Below are positions 8,858 to 18,273 of a DNA stretch of 44,665 bases, one piece after another. The position numbers were made by a program, and so were the translations under genes. Location of the stretch: positions 1 to 44,665 of IMG/VR virus record IMGVR_UViG_3300024254_000013, one strand, 5' to 3'. The notes beneath the pieces were generated by a model. The model saw only the letters and a program-made list of their open reading frames with translations, searched no databases and was not told the origin of the DNA. Origin of the DNA: a virus (taxonomy: Duplodnaviria > Caudoviricetes). The stretch's first letter is position 1. Each line of letters starts with the position of its first letter.

Positions 8858-10236
8858 GTGATCGTGATGTTCCCCGCGGCGACCGTGAAATAGTATTGCG
8901 CTGACGTTGGCACGGCCACCGAGCCATAGCTGACCCCGTCGTCCGAGACGCCCTGGTTCGATCCAAACAGCACGACGGCCGTCGGCGCGATCTGCAGCAT
9001 GGCCGTCACGATATCGCCAACGCTCGGATTGACGCCGAGCTTATACGACAAGGCGGCCGCCAGCTGCGTGATGATGGTGTCGTTGGACAAGACGACGGCC
9101 CCGCGCCAGAGAATCCCGAAGGCGATATAAAGCGGCTCGGCAATGGACGTGTCCCATTGCGCGGTGAACGTGGTGCCGTTCGGGCGCGTAATGACCTCCG
9201 ATTGATCGCCTTTCATGCCGCAGCCCGGCGCCTTTTTAGCGTAGATGGCCTGCCCGATATCGGCGTCGGTCCCGCCCGTCACAATGGCCCAGATCGAATG
9301 CGCCGGCACCGTGTCGACGGTGTCGTTGGTGTAATTCTCGACGACAAATGCGTCCGTGATATCGGCCGTGGCAAGGAGCGCCGCCTCAATCGCGTCGGCG
9401 GGCCCGGTGGAGGCCAAGGCGAAGCTTTGCCCCGCGCGGACCTTGTACTGCGTGTCCGTCTCTTCCGGCACGCCGATCAAGACAGGTGCCGTAATCGTGG
9501 TGATAGTGACCCCGGACCCGTTGGCCGTGGCGTTCGCCGATATCGTGATTTGCGTGCTGGAATCCACCGAGACGATGGAGCTGTTGTTCTGGATCCCGGT
9601 CCCGCTGATCAGCATCCCCGGCACCATGCCAGCGGTCGTTGGAATCGCCGTAATGACGGGCGAGGAAATGGCTGTCGTTCCGATCGTAATAATGCTGACC
9701 GTTGGGTTATTGACCGCCGTCACGCCCAACACGGTGGTCACCTGCTGGGTAATCGTATTGGGCGATGAATTGATCGCGCCAATGGTGACGGATTGGAAAA
9801 TGAGGGAGAGGGTCGTTCCGGTGCCGAACACCTGCGTTTCGAGCAGCTGCCAGGTATTGCCGCTTTGATCAATGAGCGTAAAAACGGACTGCGCGGTTTG
9901 ATCGAGGCCGTATAGCGTCAGCGCGCGATCCGTCGTGACATGCACGGGCGCGAGCGTGTAGGTTCCTTGCTTGCGGGGAATGCCCAGGATCGCCAGGCGC
10001 TGGTCCAGTTGCACGCCATACGCCTGCATATACCCAAAGGAGTTATAGACCGCTTGGGCCAATTCCAAGAGATCCTCGACGCCCTGGCAGAAAATGTTAA
10101 TCATCTGTCCGTCGGGAGAATTGGACTGGACGTTAATGCCGGCTCCGTAAATCGCCTGCAGCTGCTCGGTCAGGCTGGCAATGACCGTCGGCAAAGAATC
10201 AATCGTGAGGCCTGTCGGCCCTAAGCTGCTAACCAT
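8854..10236 (-). CDS. Baseplate J/gp47-like protein
   Basis: SPDGQMI, AYGVQLD, EETD..Y..R and PAHSIWAIVTGG motifs; likely start MVSSLGP. Confidence 0.9.
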   Translation of the reverse strand: MVSSLGPTGLTIDSLPTVIASLTEQLQAIYGAGINVQSNSPDGQMINIFCQGVEDLLELAQAVYNSFGYMQAYGVQLDQRLAILGIPRKQGTYTLAPVHVTTDRALTLYGLDQTAQSVFTLIDQSGNTWQLLETQVFGTGTTLSLIFQSVTIGAINSSPNTITQQVTTVLGVTAVNNPTVSIITIGTTAISSPVITAIPTTAGMVPGMLISGTGIQNNSSIVSVDSSTQITISANATANGSGVTITTITAPVLIGVPEETDTQYKVRAGQSFALASTGPADAIEAALLATADITDAFVVENYTNDTVDTVPAHSIWAIVTGGTDADIGQAIYAKKAPGCGMKGDQSEVITRPNGTTFTAQWDTSIAEPLYIAFGILWRGAVVLSNDTIITQLAAALSYKLGVNPSVGDIVTAMLQIAPTAVVLFGSNQGVSDDGVSYGSVAVPTSAQYYFTVAAGNITIT

Positions 10237-10612
10237 TGGTAACCCCCGCAATTTGCGACAGCTCAAGCTGGAATGACTGGCTATAGATCGTCGTGATGTT
10301 GACGGTCATCGAGATTCGGCGCGTGCGCGGGTCGAAGATCACCGTCAGGCTGTTGATGCCCATGACGCCATAGCACAAGAGAATGTTCGCGCGGATCGCG
10401 TCCTCTAGGTTTTGCTTCTGGCCCACGTCCAGAAGGTTCTGCCAATCGACGCCGTCCTTCAAAGCGAAAAAGCAGTTGTTCACCCACGACTGCAGCCAGG
10501 TCTTGATGTTCTCCTCGATCGCCGCCTCGTTGGTTTTGTAATTGCCAACCCCGGCGCCGAAGGTCCAGTCGCCGGATGGCGTGATGCCGCGGATGGTCAT
10601 AGAGGCGGCCAT
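10229..10612 (-). CDS. Baseplate wedge/sheath initiator (gp25/W-like)
   Basis: R.ITPSGDWTFG...CFF...GVDW pattern; lies between spike and J. Confidence 0.75.
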   Translation of the reverse strand: MAASMTIRGITPSGDWTFGAGVGNYKTNEAAIEENIKTWLQSWVNNCFFALKDGVDWQNLLDVGQKQNLEDAIRANILLCYGVMGINSLTVIFDPRTRRISMTVNITTIYSQSFQLELSQIAGVTNG

Positions 10613-11283
10613 CAGTAAAGGACCTGCTCAATCACGAGTTTGTACGCCTCGAGCGCGGCAATCGCGGCGGCCGTCAAGGGCAGGGTCGTCACCCCGTCCT
10701 GAACCGTTGTCGCTTTCAGCACATCGATGAGGCCCGTCAAAACGACGAGGAGCGTGGTGGTGGTGCTTTTGATCTGGATGAGGCCCGTGGCTTGGCTGAT
10801 CGCCACCTTGCTCGACCCCATGATCATCCGTAGCTCGTCCGCCGAGTAGGCGGGCAGCGCGTCGGTTAAAGAGTTAAAGCCCACGAAGGCCATACCGTCA
10901 GAGAGGTCGTGGGCGCGACCCGGCTGCGCGCCGGCCTGGTCGAAAGGAACAGCCACGGCGCCGTTTTGAAACCACGCATCGATGTTCCGATCGGCGAAGA
11001 CCACCAGGCAAGGATCGCCCGACGCGATGGGCGCCTGGAAAGCGCCGCCCCCTCCCTGGGGTGTGTAGACCGGGCAGTCCGCGAGGATCGGATACGTGAC
11101 GATGGTGCCGTCCGGCAGCTGCGTGGCAAAGAGAAGCTGGATCGAGGCCGTTTTCTTCGTAGCGTCGAAGGACTGGATCCGGCCGGGGACATGGCAATAG
11201 AGGTTCTTGAAAACGTCGGATTTGAGCGCCTGCAGCGCTTCAATGAGCGTGGGCTCCACGATGGGTTTAAAGGCTTGGGTCAT
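10612..11283 (-). CDS. Baseplate spike (Gp138 N-terminal OB-fold type)
   Basis: PGRIQSFD, GDPCLVVFADRNIDAW and RAHDLSD motifs. Confidence 0.9.
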   Translation of the reverse strand: MTQAFKPIVEPTLIEALQALKSDVFKNLYCHVPGRIQSFDATKKTASIQLLFATQLPDGTIVTYPILADCPVYTPQGGGGAFQAPIASGDPCLVVFADRNIDAWFQNGAVAVPFDQAGAQPGRAHDLSDGMAFVGFNSLTDALPAYSADELRMIMGSSKVAISQATGLIQIKSTTTTLLVVLTGLIDVLKATTVQDGVTTLPLTAAAIAALEAYKLVIEQVLY

Positions 11284-12149
11284 GACGCAGGTTGCAGAGC
11301 CTCCGTGCCCGACCAAAGGCTTAAGGTGCTGATGGCATCGCCGCAGATGGCCCCGGAGATCGTGCCGCGGTGGGTGATGCCCATGACGGCGTATTGCCCG
11401 CTGTAATAGGTCTCGGCGCTTTGCAGCTGTACGAGCTGGTTGATGACGATGCGGGGCTCAAACACCATGTCTACCTCGAGCAATGCGCCCAGCTTGCGCG
11501 GCGTACCCAGGAGCCCGGTATCGGAGCTGATTAGGGGCACGCCATCGGGCGGCGTGATATAGGTCCCCTGAGCCACGGCGTTGACCTTCTCGCCGTCAAT
11601 GAAGGTCGTGTTGTTGCCGGTGAGGCGGCGAATGATGTCCCAGGCGTTGCCGAAGAGCGATAGCGGCCGCGAATTCTGGATGGCTGGCAGGGCGATAGTG
11701 CCCGCCGACACGTTGGGCATCCCACCGACCATCTGACGCACGGCGGCGTTCACGTCCCAGCCCGCGCCGAGGCTGACCGAGGCCTGCCCATTTAAAATCC
11801 CGAATCCCCCGTCGAATCCTTCAATCACGGTCGTCCAGTCCTGCTTGCGTTTGAAGGAATAGGCCGAGCGGATGTTGCCTTGAAAAATGGTGGCGAGCGG
11901 CGTGTTCTTTTGGCTGGTGTACCCGGCCTGCAGAATGATCTGCCGATAATTCAGCGTGTCGTAGCGGTCGTGGTAAATCTGCCGCCGGCGATCTGGGCCG
12001 AGGTTATAAATGGTGAAGCTTCCCGTGTTGGCCGAGGCAAAGGTGTTACGAATGACGTTGAATTCAATCGTCATCGGATAATCGATCTCGGCGGCGTTGA
12101 GGTCGTTATCGATTTGCACCTTCATGGCAAATGTGCGCCCGAATTTCAT
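11280..12149 (-). CDS. Baseplate hub protein
   Basis: IYNL...LQAGY...IFQGNI...TGLLGTP...G.Y.V..ITHRG motifs. Confidence 0.85.
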   Translation of the reverse strand: MKFGRTFAMKVQIDNDLNAAEIDYPMTIEFNVIRNTFASANTGSFTIYNLGPDRRRQIYHDRYDTLNYRQIILQAGYTSQKNTPLATIFQGNIRSAYSFKRKQDWTTVIEGFDGGFGILNGQASVSLGAGWDVNAAVRQMVGGMPNVSAGTIALPAIQNSRPLSLFGNAWDIIRRLTGNNTTFIDGEKVNAVAQGTYITPPDGVPLISSDTGLLGTPRKLGALLEVDMVFEPRIVINQLVQLQSAETYYSGQYAVMGITHRGTISGAICGDAISTLSLWSGTEALQPAS

Positions 12150-12292
12150 GCGGCCACCTTATACGGGCTGCGGTAGTTCTTGGCGTAGTACGCCCGAAAC
12201 CGCTTGCGCCGGCACGACAGGCAATAGGACGTGTTGCTCGATCGCTTACGATCCCCCCTGTGGCAATCGGAGCAGCGCCAGCCTTTGCTCAT
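12146..12292 (-). CDS. 48-aa basic CxxC...CxxC zinc-finger microprotein
   Basis: MSKGWRCSDCHRGDRKRSSNTSYCLSCRRKRFRAYYAKNYRSPYKVAA; ATGA overlaps at both ends. Confidence 0.65.
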   Translation of the reverse strand: MSKGWRCSDCHRGDRKRSSNTSYCLSCRRKRFRAYYAKNYRSPYKVAA

Positions 12293-12645
12293 GCCGCCAC
12301 CGCCCCTGGCCCGAAGACATTGGTTTCAAAGAAGGCGACCTCGGAGGCGTCCAAGACAAAAAGCGACACGCGCCCGCTGGCGAAATCCTCAATGTAAAAC
12401 GGGTCCGCGCCGTCGTTGGTATAACAGCCCAGCCCGAACGGGATCACGTTGCGGAAATCGCGCAGGACGTTGGGCCCCGCGCAGAGAATGAGGTTGTTGA
12501 CCGTGATCGTTGGGTGCGAGACGTTCATCATCCACCGCTCTATCGTCGGTAAATAAATAATTTCAAACGTGATGACCGACCCGTCGTCCAATACAACCTT
12601 GGAGATCTGGGAGGCCTCATCAGAGAGATTGGTGATCTGTTGCAT
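12289..12645 (-). CDS. Baseplate plug/small baseplate protein
   Basis: MQQITNLSDEASQ...; size and position between the tube initiator and the hub. Confidence 0.75.
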   Translation of the reverse strand: MQQITNLSDEASQISKVVLDDGSVITFEIIYLPTIERWMMNVSHPTITVNNLILCAGPNVLRDFRNVIPFGLGCYTNDGADPFYIEDFASGRVSLFVLDASEVAFFETNVFGPGAVAA

Positions 12646-13463
12646 TATTGCCCTACCCATCCCAGCTGTTTCGAGAGCGTATAGGCCAGGCTCTGGTTGA
12701 CCTTGGCGCCCGGCACGACGCCCTTGTTGGTCGCGGTCTGCGCCTGCTGCGCGAGGCGGCCCGCAAAGCTGCCGTTGTCGGCGACGGTTTCCACCTCGAC
12801 GAAATTGATTTGCTTCAGCGTCACCGTAATGTCCGACCACGATTGCGTGTCCTCGGGCTGCACGAACGTGATTTTTTTGATGAGCATGTTGGTCATCATG
12901 CCGTAAGGGGTGTCGATCGTCATGGGCAATTTCTGCTTCATGGCCGTCGAGAGTTGCGAGTAAGCCTTGGCCTGTTTGCTCACCTGCGGCGGTGCGCCCG
13001 GGAACAGGCTGATAATATTCTGGGCCTTCGCCAGCGTCTGGTTGATCGTGTTTACGGTGTTCTGCACCTGCGTGACCGCCTTCTGCAGGGTCTGGGTGAC
13101 GCCCGGCGTGTACCGCTGAATGTAGGCCGGCACCTGCGTCAATGCGCTCTGGGCGGCCGCCAGCGCGCCGACCACGCCCTGTGGCTTTGGCATCGTGAGC
13201 TCTGAGACAAACCCGCGCATAGTGACCTCAACCGGGCGCAGCGCGACGTGGTCTTGGATGGCCGTATTATTCTCGGCGTAGTGGTCGGTGATATCGGCCT
13301 CGAGCGAGACGTTGACGTCGCCCAAATAGCCGAAGAGAAACCCGCCGATGCCCGTGCTGGATTTCGTGCGGAGCACATATTTATTGACCAGCCCGTCGAC
13401 GTATTTCTGGCCGTTCGGGATGGCGGTAAAGGCCTGCGTGGGTAGGACGGGGGTTAGAGCCAT
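12645..13463 (-). CDS. Tail tube initiator/Dit-like baseplate protein
   Basis: ITDHYAENNTAIQDHVALRP.EVTMRG motif; follows the tape measure gene. Confidence 0.85.
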   Translation of the reverse strand: MALTPVLPTQAFTAIPNGQKYVDGLVNKYVLRTKSSTGIGGFLFGYLGDVNVSLEADITDHYAENNTAIQDHVALRPVEVTMRGFVSELTMPKPQGVVGALAAAQSALTQVPAYIQRYTPGVTQTLQKAVTQVQNTVNTINQTLAKAQNIISLFPGAPPQVSKQAKAYSQLSTAMKQKLPMTIDTPYGMMTNMLIKKITFVQPEDTQSWSDITVTLKQINFVEVETVADNGSFAGRLAQQAQTATNKGVVPGAKVNQSLAYTLSKQLGWVGQ

Positions 13464-14627
13464 TTAGTTGTTTAGCTGCAGATGCGCATCCTCCACGGAT
13501 TTCTTGATCATGCTGGCGACGTTCTGCCAGCCCGGCGCGTCAAGCGATCCCGAGTCGTTGTTCACATGCACATTCACCGTCGTCGCTAAATGGAAAATTT
13601 TGGAGGCCTCGGATTTGGCGACCGATATCCCAGCGGGGATGAGGTCACCCAAGATCCCCGCAATGTTGCCGGAGGCAAAGCCCGCGAGCTTATCCGCGGA
13701 GGTGACGATTTTGGAGAGGATCGATTCAAAGAGGATGAATTTTTGCAGCCATCCCGCATTCTCAAATTGCGAGGCGAGGTCGGCGAAGAATTTCTTGATT
13801 CCTTTCACGCCCTCCCCGGTGATCGATTTTCCGCCCGTAAAATAGACGGCGAGGTCATCGAGCACGAGGATAAGGGCGGCGACGGATGCCGTGATCGGAA
13901 AGAAGTAAGCGGCCACCAGCGCCGCCACCGCTCCGAGCGCGAGCAGGGCCGTCTTAAATTGTTTGGCCTTCTCGAAGGCCTCGGAGAAATCAGCGACCAC
14001 GCCGAACATGGCGTAGCGGAAGGCCTGGCCGAATTGCACGATGGCGAGCTTGGCTTTCAGGAAATCCTGCTCCTGCCGCTCGTTGATGCCGTGGATGTGG
14101 TTACCGAATTCCGCGAATTGCCGGTCGGAGAGTTTCAGCACGTTCATCATGTTCGGCGACAGGCCCATCTGAGAAATCATGTTCGTCGCCGTGGCGGGGT
14201 TTAACCCCTGGATCCGCTTGCGCAGCTGCTCGAGCACGCCGAAAGCATTCTGCTGCGGGCTGATACCCAGCATTTGAAAGGGCGCGATGTTGCCGCGGCC
14301 CAAACGGATCTCGGCTAGGTTGCGCTCTAAGGTCGAGACAGAATTGCCCACGTCCTCGGCTGAGACGTTCGCCTGCTGGGCCACAATTTGCCAGCGCTGC
14401 AGTTGCTGCCAGGAGAGCCCGGTTTGGTTCGTGAAGGATTGGAAGGCCACGGCGGTGCTCAGAGCCTCCTGGGTCATCTTACTGAGCTCAAACGAGATCC
14501 CCGCCATGCCGGCGATGGCAGCCGCGGCGTCCACAGGCAGGTTGGCGATCTTTTCAGCCACGTCTTTGAGCGTGCCCAGACCGTGGCCTTTGATGCCTAG
14601 CGTGACGAAGAGTTCCCCGATATTCAT
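13464..14627 (-). CDS. Tape measure protein (short, 387 aa)
   Basis: MNIGELFVTLG start, helical Ala/Gln-rich body, LILVLDDL..YF.GGKSITG motif; follows the tail chaperone. Confidence 0.85.
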   Translation of the reverse strand: MNIGELFVTLGIKGHGLGTLKDVAEKIANLPVDAAAAIAGMAGISFELSKMTQEALSTAVAFQSFTNQTGLSWQQLQRWQIVAQQANVSAEDVGNSVSTLERNLAEIRLGRGNIAPFQMLGISPQQNAFGVLEQLRKRIQGLNPATATNMISQMGLSPNMMNVLKLSDRQFAEFGNHIHGINERQEQDFLKAKLAIVQFGQAFRYAMFGVVADFSEAFEKAKQFKTALLALGAVAALVAAYFFPITASVAALILVLDDLAVYFTGGKSITGEGVKGIKKFFADLASQFENAGWLQKFILFESILSKIVTSADKLAGFASGNIAGILGDLIPAGISVAKSEASKIFHLATTVNVHVNNDSGSLDAPGWQNVASMIKKSVEDAHLQLNN

Positions 14628-14872
14628 TCCCGTCCCTTGTTCAGCTTGATATACGTCCGTTCATACACCCCAACAAACTGCTCGTATTGCATCGCCGCCA
14701 CGACCCATCCGACAGGCATCTGCGTGACCTTTTCAGGGTCGCCGCTGCAATAGCCAGCCTTCGCCAGCTGCAGCGCGACTACAACACTTTCATCGGCGTT
14801 GTAGTGGACGGTTGGGTGGACGGATTCGTCTTTAACCGCTCTCTCAACAATGAAAAGGTCTTTCCGAAAAAA
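14624..14872 (-). CDS. Tail assembly chaperone, -1 frameshift extension (GT-like product)
   Basis: The -1 frame is open from slippery T TTT TTC (14866-14872) to TGA at 14624: ...VVVALQLAKAGYCSGDPEKV...IKLNKGRE. Confidence 0.75.
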   Translation of the reverse strand, partial: FFRKDLFIVERAVKDESVHPTVHYNADESVVVALQLAKAGYCSGDPEKVTQMPVGWVVAAMQYEQFVGVYERTYIKLNKGRE

Positions 14873-15207
14873 GGCCCGCAGTTCACCTCGATCACGTGCC
14901 AGAAGATCACGAAGTAATCCGCGCGCGCGACGTCCTTGAGTTTCGGGTCATCGAAGAGCGCCGGCGTGACCTTGGCGTTCTCATAGACGGCCCGCTCGGC
15001 GCATTTAAACAGCGCCGCATCCACCTCGGGCGACGTCCCCGCATTAATGAGCGCGTCCTTGAGCACAGTCACGTCCAGCGACAACACGTCGGCCGCCAGC
15101 GGCACGCCCTTCATGGTTTTCATCAGGGCCTTAAGCAACCCGATGGCGTCGGCATAGGACGCCTCCGACACGGACATCCTCGATCCCGACGGCAGCGTGA
15201 AATCCAT
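14779..15207 (-). CDS. Tail assembly chaperone
   Basis: Lies between tube and tape measure; EVNCGPFF at the slippery site. Confidence 0.8.
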   Translation of the reverse strand: MDFTLPSGSRMSVSEASYADAIGLLKALMKTMKGVPLAADVLSLDVTVLKDALINAGTSPEVDAALFKCAERAVYENAKVTPALFDDPKLKDVARADYFVIFWHVIEVNCGPFFGKTFSLLRERLKTNPSTQPSTTTPMKVL

Positions 15208-15662
15208 TACTGGATCGTCTTCAGGACGTTCCCGAAGGTCACGTTATAGACGGAGACGCTGGATTCCACGTCGCCCTCGGCGCTGGTTTTCGCGCCGACC
15301 TGGTCTTTGAAAATACCCCCTGAGCATTGGTAGACCACGCTGTTGGTATTGCCCTGCCCGTCGCCCACGCGCTTGACGATGTTGGCGGTCATCAGGATGA
15401 AGGTCGAGATGTCCGAAATCAGCGTCTGCAGCACGCTGTTTAAATACTTGTCATCGTCGGAGCCGATCAAAAGCCGCAGGACCACGTCGCCCATGAGGCC
15501 AGTGTTGTCGAGCCCATAAATCACGTTTCCGTTCTTCGCCGCTTTGACCTTCGTGATCGGATTCGGAAACGTGACCATGAAGGAATCTGCGTCGGCGAGC
15601 GCCGTGATAATGCGCCCGTTGATGGTGATGACGTCCTGACCTGTTAAAGCGAATGCCGACAT
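15207..15662 (-). CDS. Tail tube protein (DUF3277-like)
   Basis: 151 aa directly after the sheath; RLLIGSDDDKYL motif. Confidence 0.85.
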   Translation of the reverse strand: MSAFALTGQDVITINGRIITALADADSFMVTFPNPITKVKAAKNGNVIYGLDNTGLMGDVVLRLLIGSDDDKYLNSVLQTLISDISTFILMTANIVKRVGDGQGNTNSVVYQCSGGIFKDQVGAKTSAEGDVESSVSVYNVTFGNVLKTIQ

Positions 15663-15673
15663 AAATGCCTCCC

Positions 15674-16828
15674 TTATTCCTGAACTTGAACGATGACTTG
15701 CGAGCTCTGGATGGCTCCCGCGAGTTTCACAGCGATTTGCACAACGGGTGCTTTGCGCGCGTTACGGTTGCCGGCGCTCTGCTGCGCGACGGGCAGCGAG
15801 TAAATGTAAAAGCCGCGGTCGGCAATACAGCGAATGAGGTCCTGCGAATTCCCGAAGGGCGCCGCGCCTGTCCAGGCACCGGGAGCCATGAACCCATTGT
15901 TGACGCCCTGGGCGAGCACGGTCATATAGGCCCCTTTGAGGCCCGTCATACCGACTTCTGTTTGCGGGATCTTGGTGCTGGTCTGCCCGAGGAAGTTATA
16001 CCCGGAGGCCTGCAACGCGAATTTCAGCCAGAATTGCCCATAGATCTGGTCGAACCAGCCGTTCGCGCCGGAGGTGTAGAGGCCCGGATCGCCGCCGAAG
16101 GACGGGTAACAATCGACCCCGGCCGTCTGTAGCTCGGTCAAGAACGTCGGTGTCAGCGTTTGATCCGGATCGAAACCTGCGATCTGTTTGAGGTTCAGCG
16201 TCTGTGCGGTGAGCGATCCGTCCCAATTGGTCGAGAGCCCGCGCGAGGCATAGGCGGCCGCAAAGGCCGGCGTGTCGACTGCGACGGTGTTGTTGTAATA
16301 AATGCAGCGGGTGTTGGTCTGCAGCGCCTGCTGCACGTTGTAAAACAGGCCGCTTGATTGGAAGTCGGCGGGCGTGAGCGAGGCGACGATCAAGAGCTTG
16401 TCCAGCGTCTGCACGTAGGTGGCGAGGTTTGCAAACGCCGATCCAGACTCCAGCTGGTGCGCGTCGACGTCCAGCAGGATCCCGAAATAATAGACGGTGT
16501 TCAGCGTGCGCGCGATCGCCGCTTGGTAGCTCCCTGAGTCGGCCACAATCATCGGGATGATCACGAAGTACCCGCCCGAATTTAACGGGTTGGGATTCTG
16601 CGCAAAAAAGGCCGTGGCGATGGCGTAGGCTTTGGAATTGGTGCCGAAGTCCGTGCCGACGTCGGTGGCGTTGGTGTAAATCGTGAAAGCGTCAGTCGGC
16701 GACCATGCCGGCGTTTCAGACGAGATCAGGGCCACCGTGTTGATGTTCGGCGCATTCAGGAATGTGGGCGTCCCCTCGATCGTGACGTCGATAATGTAGG
16801 ACGGTGGAAAAATGACGTTATTGCTCAT
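15674..16828 (-). CDS. Contractile tail sheath protein (DUF3383-like)
   Basis: DFGTNS.AY, TLNLKQIAG, WFDQIY...W, TKIPQTE.G, R.ARKAP and AGAIQS motifs. Confidence 0.9.
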   Translation of the reverse strand: MSNNVIFPPSYIIDVTIEGTPTFLNAPNINTVALISSETPAWSPTDAFTIYTNATDVGTDFGTNSKAYAIATAFFAQNPNPLNSGGYFVIIPMIVADSGSYQAAIARTLNTVYYFGILLDVDAHQLESGSAFANLATYVQTLDKLLIVASLTPADFQSSGLFYNVQQALQTNTRCIYYNNTVAVDTPAFAAAYASRGLSTNWDGSLTAQTLNLKQIAGFDPDQTLTPTFLTELQTAGVDCYPSFGGDPGLYTSGANGWFDQIYGQFWLKFALQASGYNFLGQTSTKIPQTEVGMTGLKGAYMTVLAQGVNNGFMAPGAWTGAAPFGNSQDLIRCIADRGFYIYSLPVAQQSAGNRNARKAPVVQIAVKLAGAIQSSQVIVQVQE

Positions 16829-16847
16829 GGCGTATGGCCTCCGTTTT

Positions 16848-17381
16848 TCATTCTTGCGCCGTTGTCTCCGGCGGTACGGCCTGACTGAAATCTGAATAGT
16901 ACGGCACGTTCGTGTTCTGGTTCGTGATCAGCTGCCACACCCGGATGCTCGTCGTATACCGATTCAGCCGGCCCGTCTCTTCCAGCATCGACACATCCTG
17001 AAACGGCAGCGGATTGCGCGCGACCTGCACGCTGTATTGCTCCTGAATCTGCTCCGAGGCCACCGACATCAGCCCCATATACGCCAGCTCCTTTTTTACC
17101 CGCGCCGCATCGTCGTAGCTCATGAGATCGATCTGGATGTCGTAGAGCATGAGCAGCTGCTGCATCTCGGTCATCCCGGCATCGCTGGCCACCGAGTAAT
17201 TCGTATTGCCGACGACCTTTCCCGACACATAGGAGATCGCCACAAACAATCCCGGCGTTTCCGGGATCTCCCATTTCTGGTTCGTCAGCATGATCTGGCC
17301 TGCTTCCAAGCCCAGCTGCGCGACCAGAATATCGGCGATGATTTTCGCCGCCTCCCGCACAGGCGCTGTCGGCTGCGCCAC
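16848..17381 (-). CDS. Tail terminator/neck protein
   Basis: Position before the sheath; IQIDLMS...LNRY pattern. Confidence 0.75.
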   Translation of the reverse strand: MAQPTAPVREAAKIIADILVAQLGLEAGQIMLTNQKWEIPETPGLFVAISYVSGKVVGNTNYSVASDAGMTEMQQLLMLYDIQIDLMSYDDAARVKKELAYMGLMSVASEQIQEQYSVQVARNPLPFQDVSMLEETGRLNRYTTSIRVWQLITNQNTNVPYYSDFSQAVPPETTAQE

Positions 17382-17383
17382 GG

Positions 17384-17743
17384 TCAGGACCCCGCAAACG
17401 GCGGGTACGGCGCCTGAATGATTTCATAGCCCCGGTATCCGGCCAGGTCCCACCGCACCGTGCTCATCACGCGATACGACGAGCCCGATTCGTCCTGCAG
17501 GATGTTTCCGGGCTTAAGCTCCTGCTCCGTAAACAGCATCCACCACTTCCATTTCCGCTCGCCCTCGGGCTTGATCAGGAGGTCCCGCGGTTTCATCGGC
17601 TGCAGCATCCCGTCGAAATAAACGTCTATTTGCGGGGTGTCGATGGCCTCAAAATCCACGGGTGCGGTCTGAACGAGCGTAAAGACTATCGGGTCCGTTA
17701 GGTCCCAAAAGGCTCCCGTCACGTCCAGCGTAATGGCGCTCAT
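17384..17743 (-). CDS. Head-tail joining (stopper) protein
   Basis: LQP...L..KPEGERKW motif; position. Confidence 0.75.
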   Translation of the reverse strand: MSAITLDVTGAFWDLTDPIVFTLVQTAPVDFEAIDTPQIDVYFDGMLQPMKPRDLLIKPEGERKWKWWMLFTEQELKPGNILQDESGSSYRVMSTVRWDLAGYRGYEIIQAPYPPFAGS

Positions 17744-18273
17744 TTCGAGCTCACCTGCGACGATATCGACCGCCTGAGCTGCGCGGTATCAATGAGCGGC
17801 GCCGCCGATCCTTTGATCGCCACGGTCAAGGGCGCGTTGGCTTTCCATTGCCCAAACCCGCCCGTCGCAAACGCCATCTGTATCCACTTCTCGCAGGCGA
17901 TCCCTAGGCGCTTCAAGACCGTCTTCATCTGGCCTTTCGCCAGTAACTCCGGCGCGCCTTTTGAGGCGTCGGCCAGGATCTCCTTCGTCTTGACCTGGAG
18001 CGGCATCCGCAAGAACGACCGCTGCGGAATCCGCTGCGTCGGCGATCCCACCTCATGCAGGAGGCCCACCTCGGCGTTGGTCATAACCGTCGGCACCTTA
18101 AACACTTTGCGCGTGCCACCCGTTTTGGACGGCGTGGGCGATGCCGCCCCGCGGGCGTTTTTGTTGCCGAAGATCCCGACCTTGACGACGTACTGCCCGG
18201 CCGTGTCGATGCTCTTCACGAATTTGTTTAAACCCGTGAAGTCGTATTTCAGGTTCGCGGACTGGCCCTTCAT
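17740..18273 (-). CDS. Neck/tail completion protein (HK97 gp10-like)
   Basis: HEVGS...IPQRSFLR and NAP.TVAIKGSAAPLIDTAQLRRSI motifs; start MKGQ coupled to the upstream stop. Confidence 0.85.
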   Translation of the reverse strand: MKGQSANLKYDFTGLNKFVKSIDTAGQYVVKVGIFGNKNARGAASPTPSKTGGTRKVFKVPTVMTNAEVGLLHEVGSPTQRIPQRSFLRMPLQVKTKEILADASKGAPELLAKGQMKTVLKRLGIACEKWIQMAFATGGFGQWKANAPLTVAIKGSAAPLIDTAQLRRSISSQVSSK

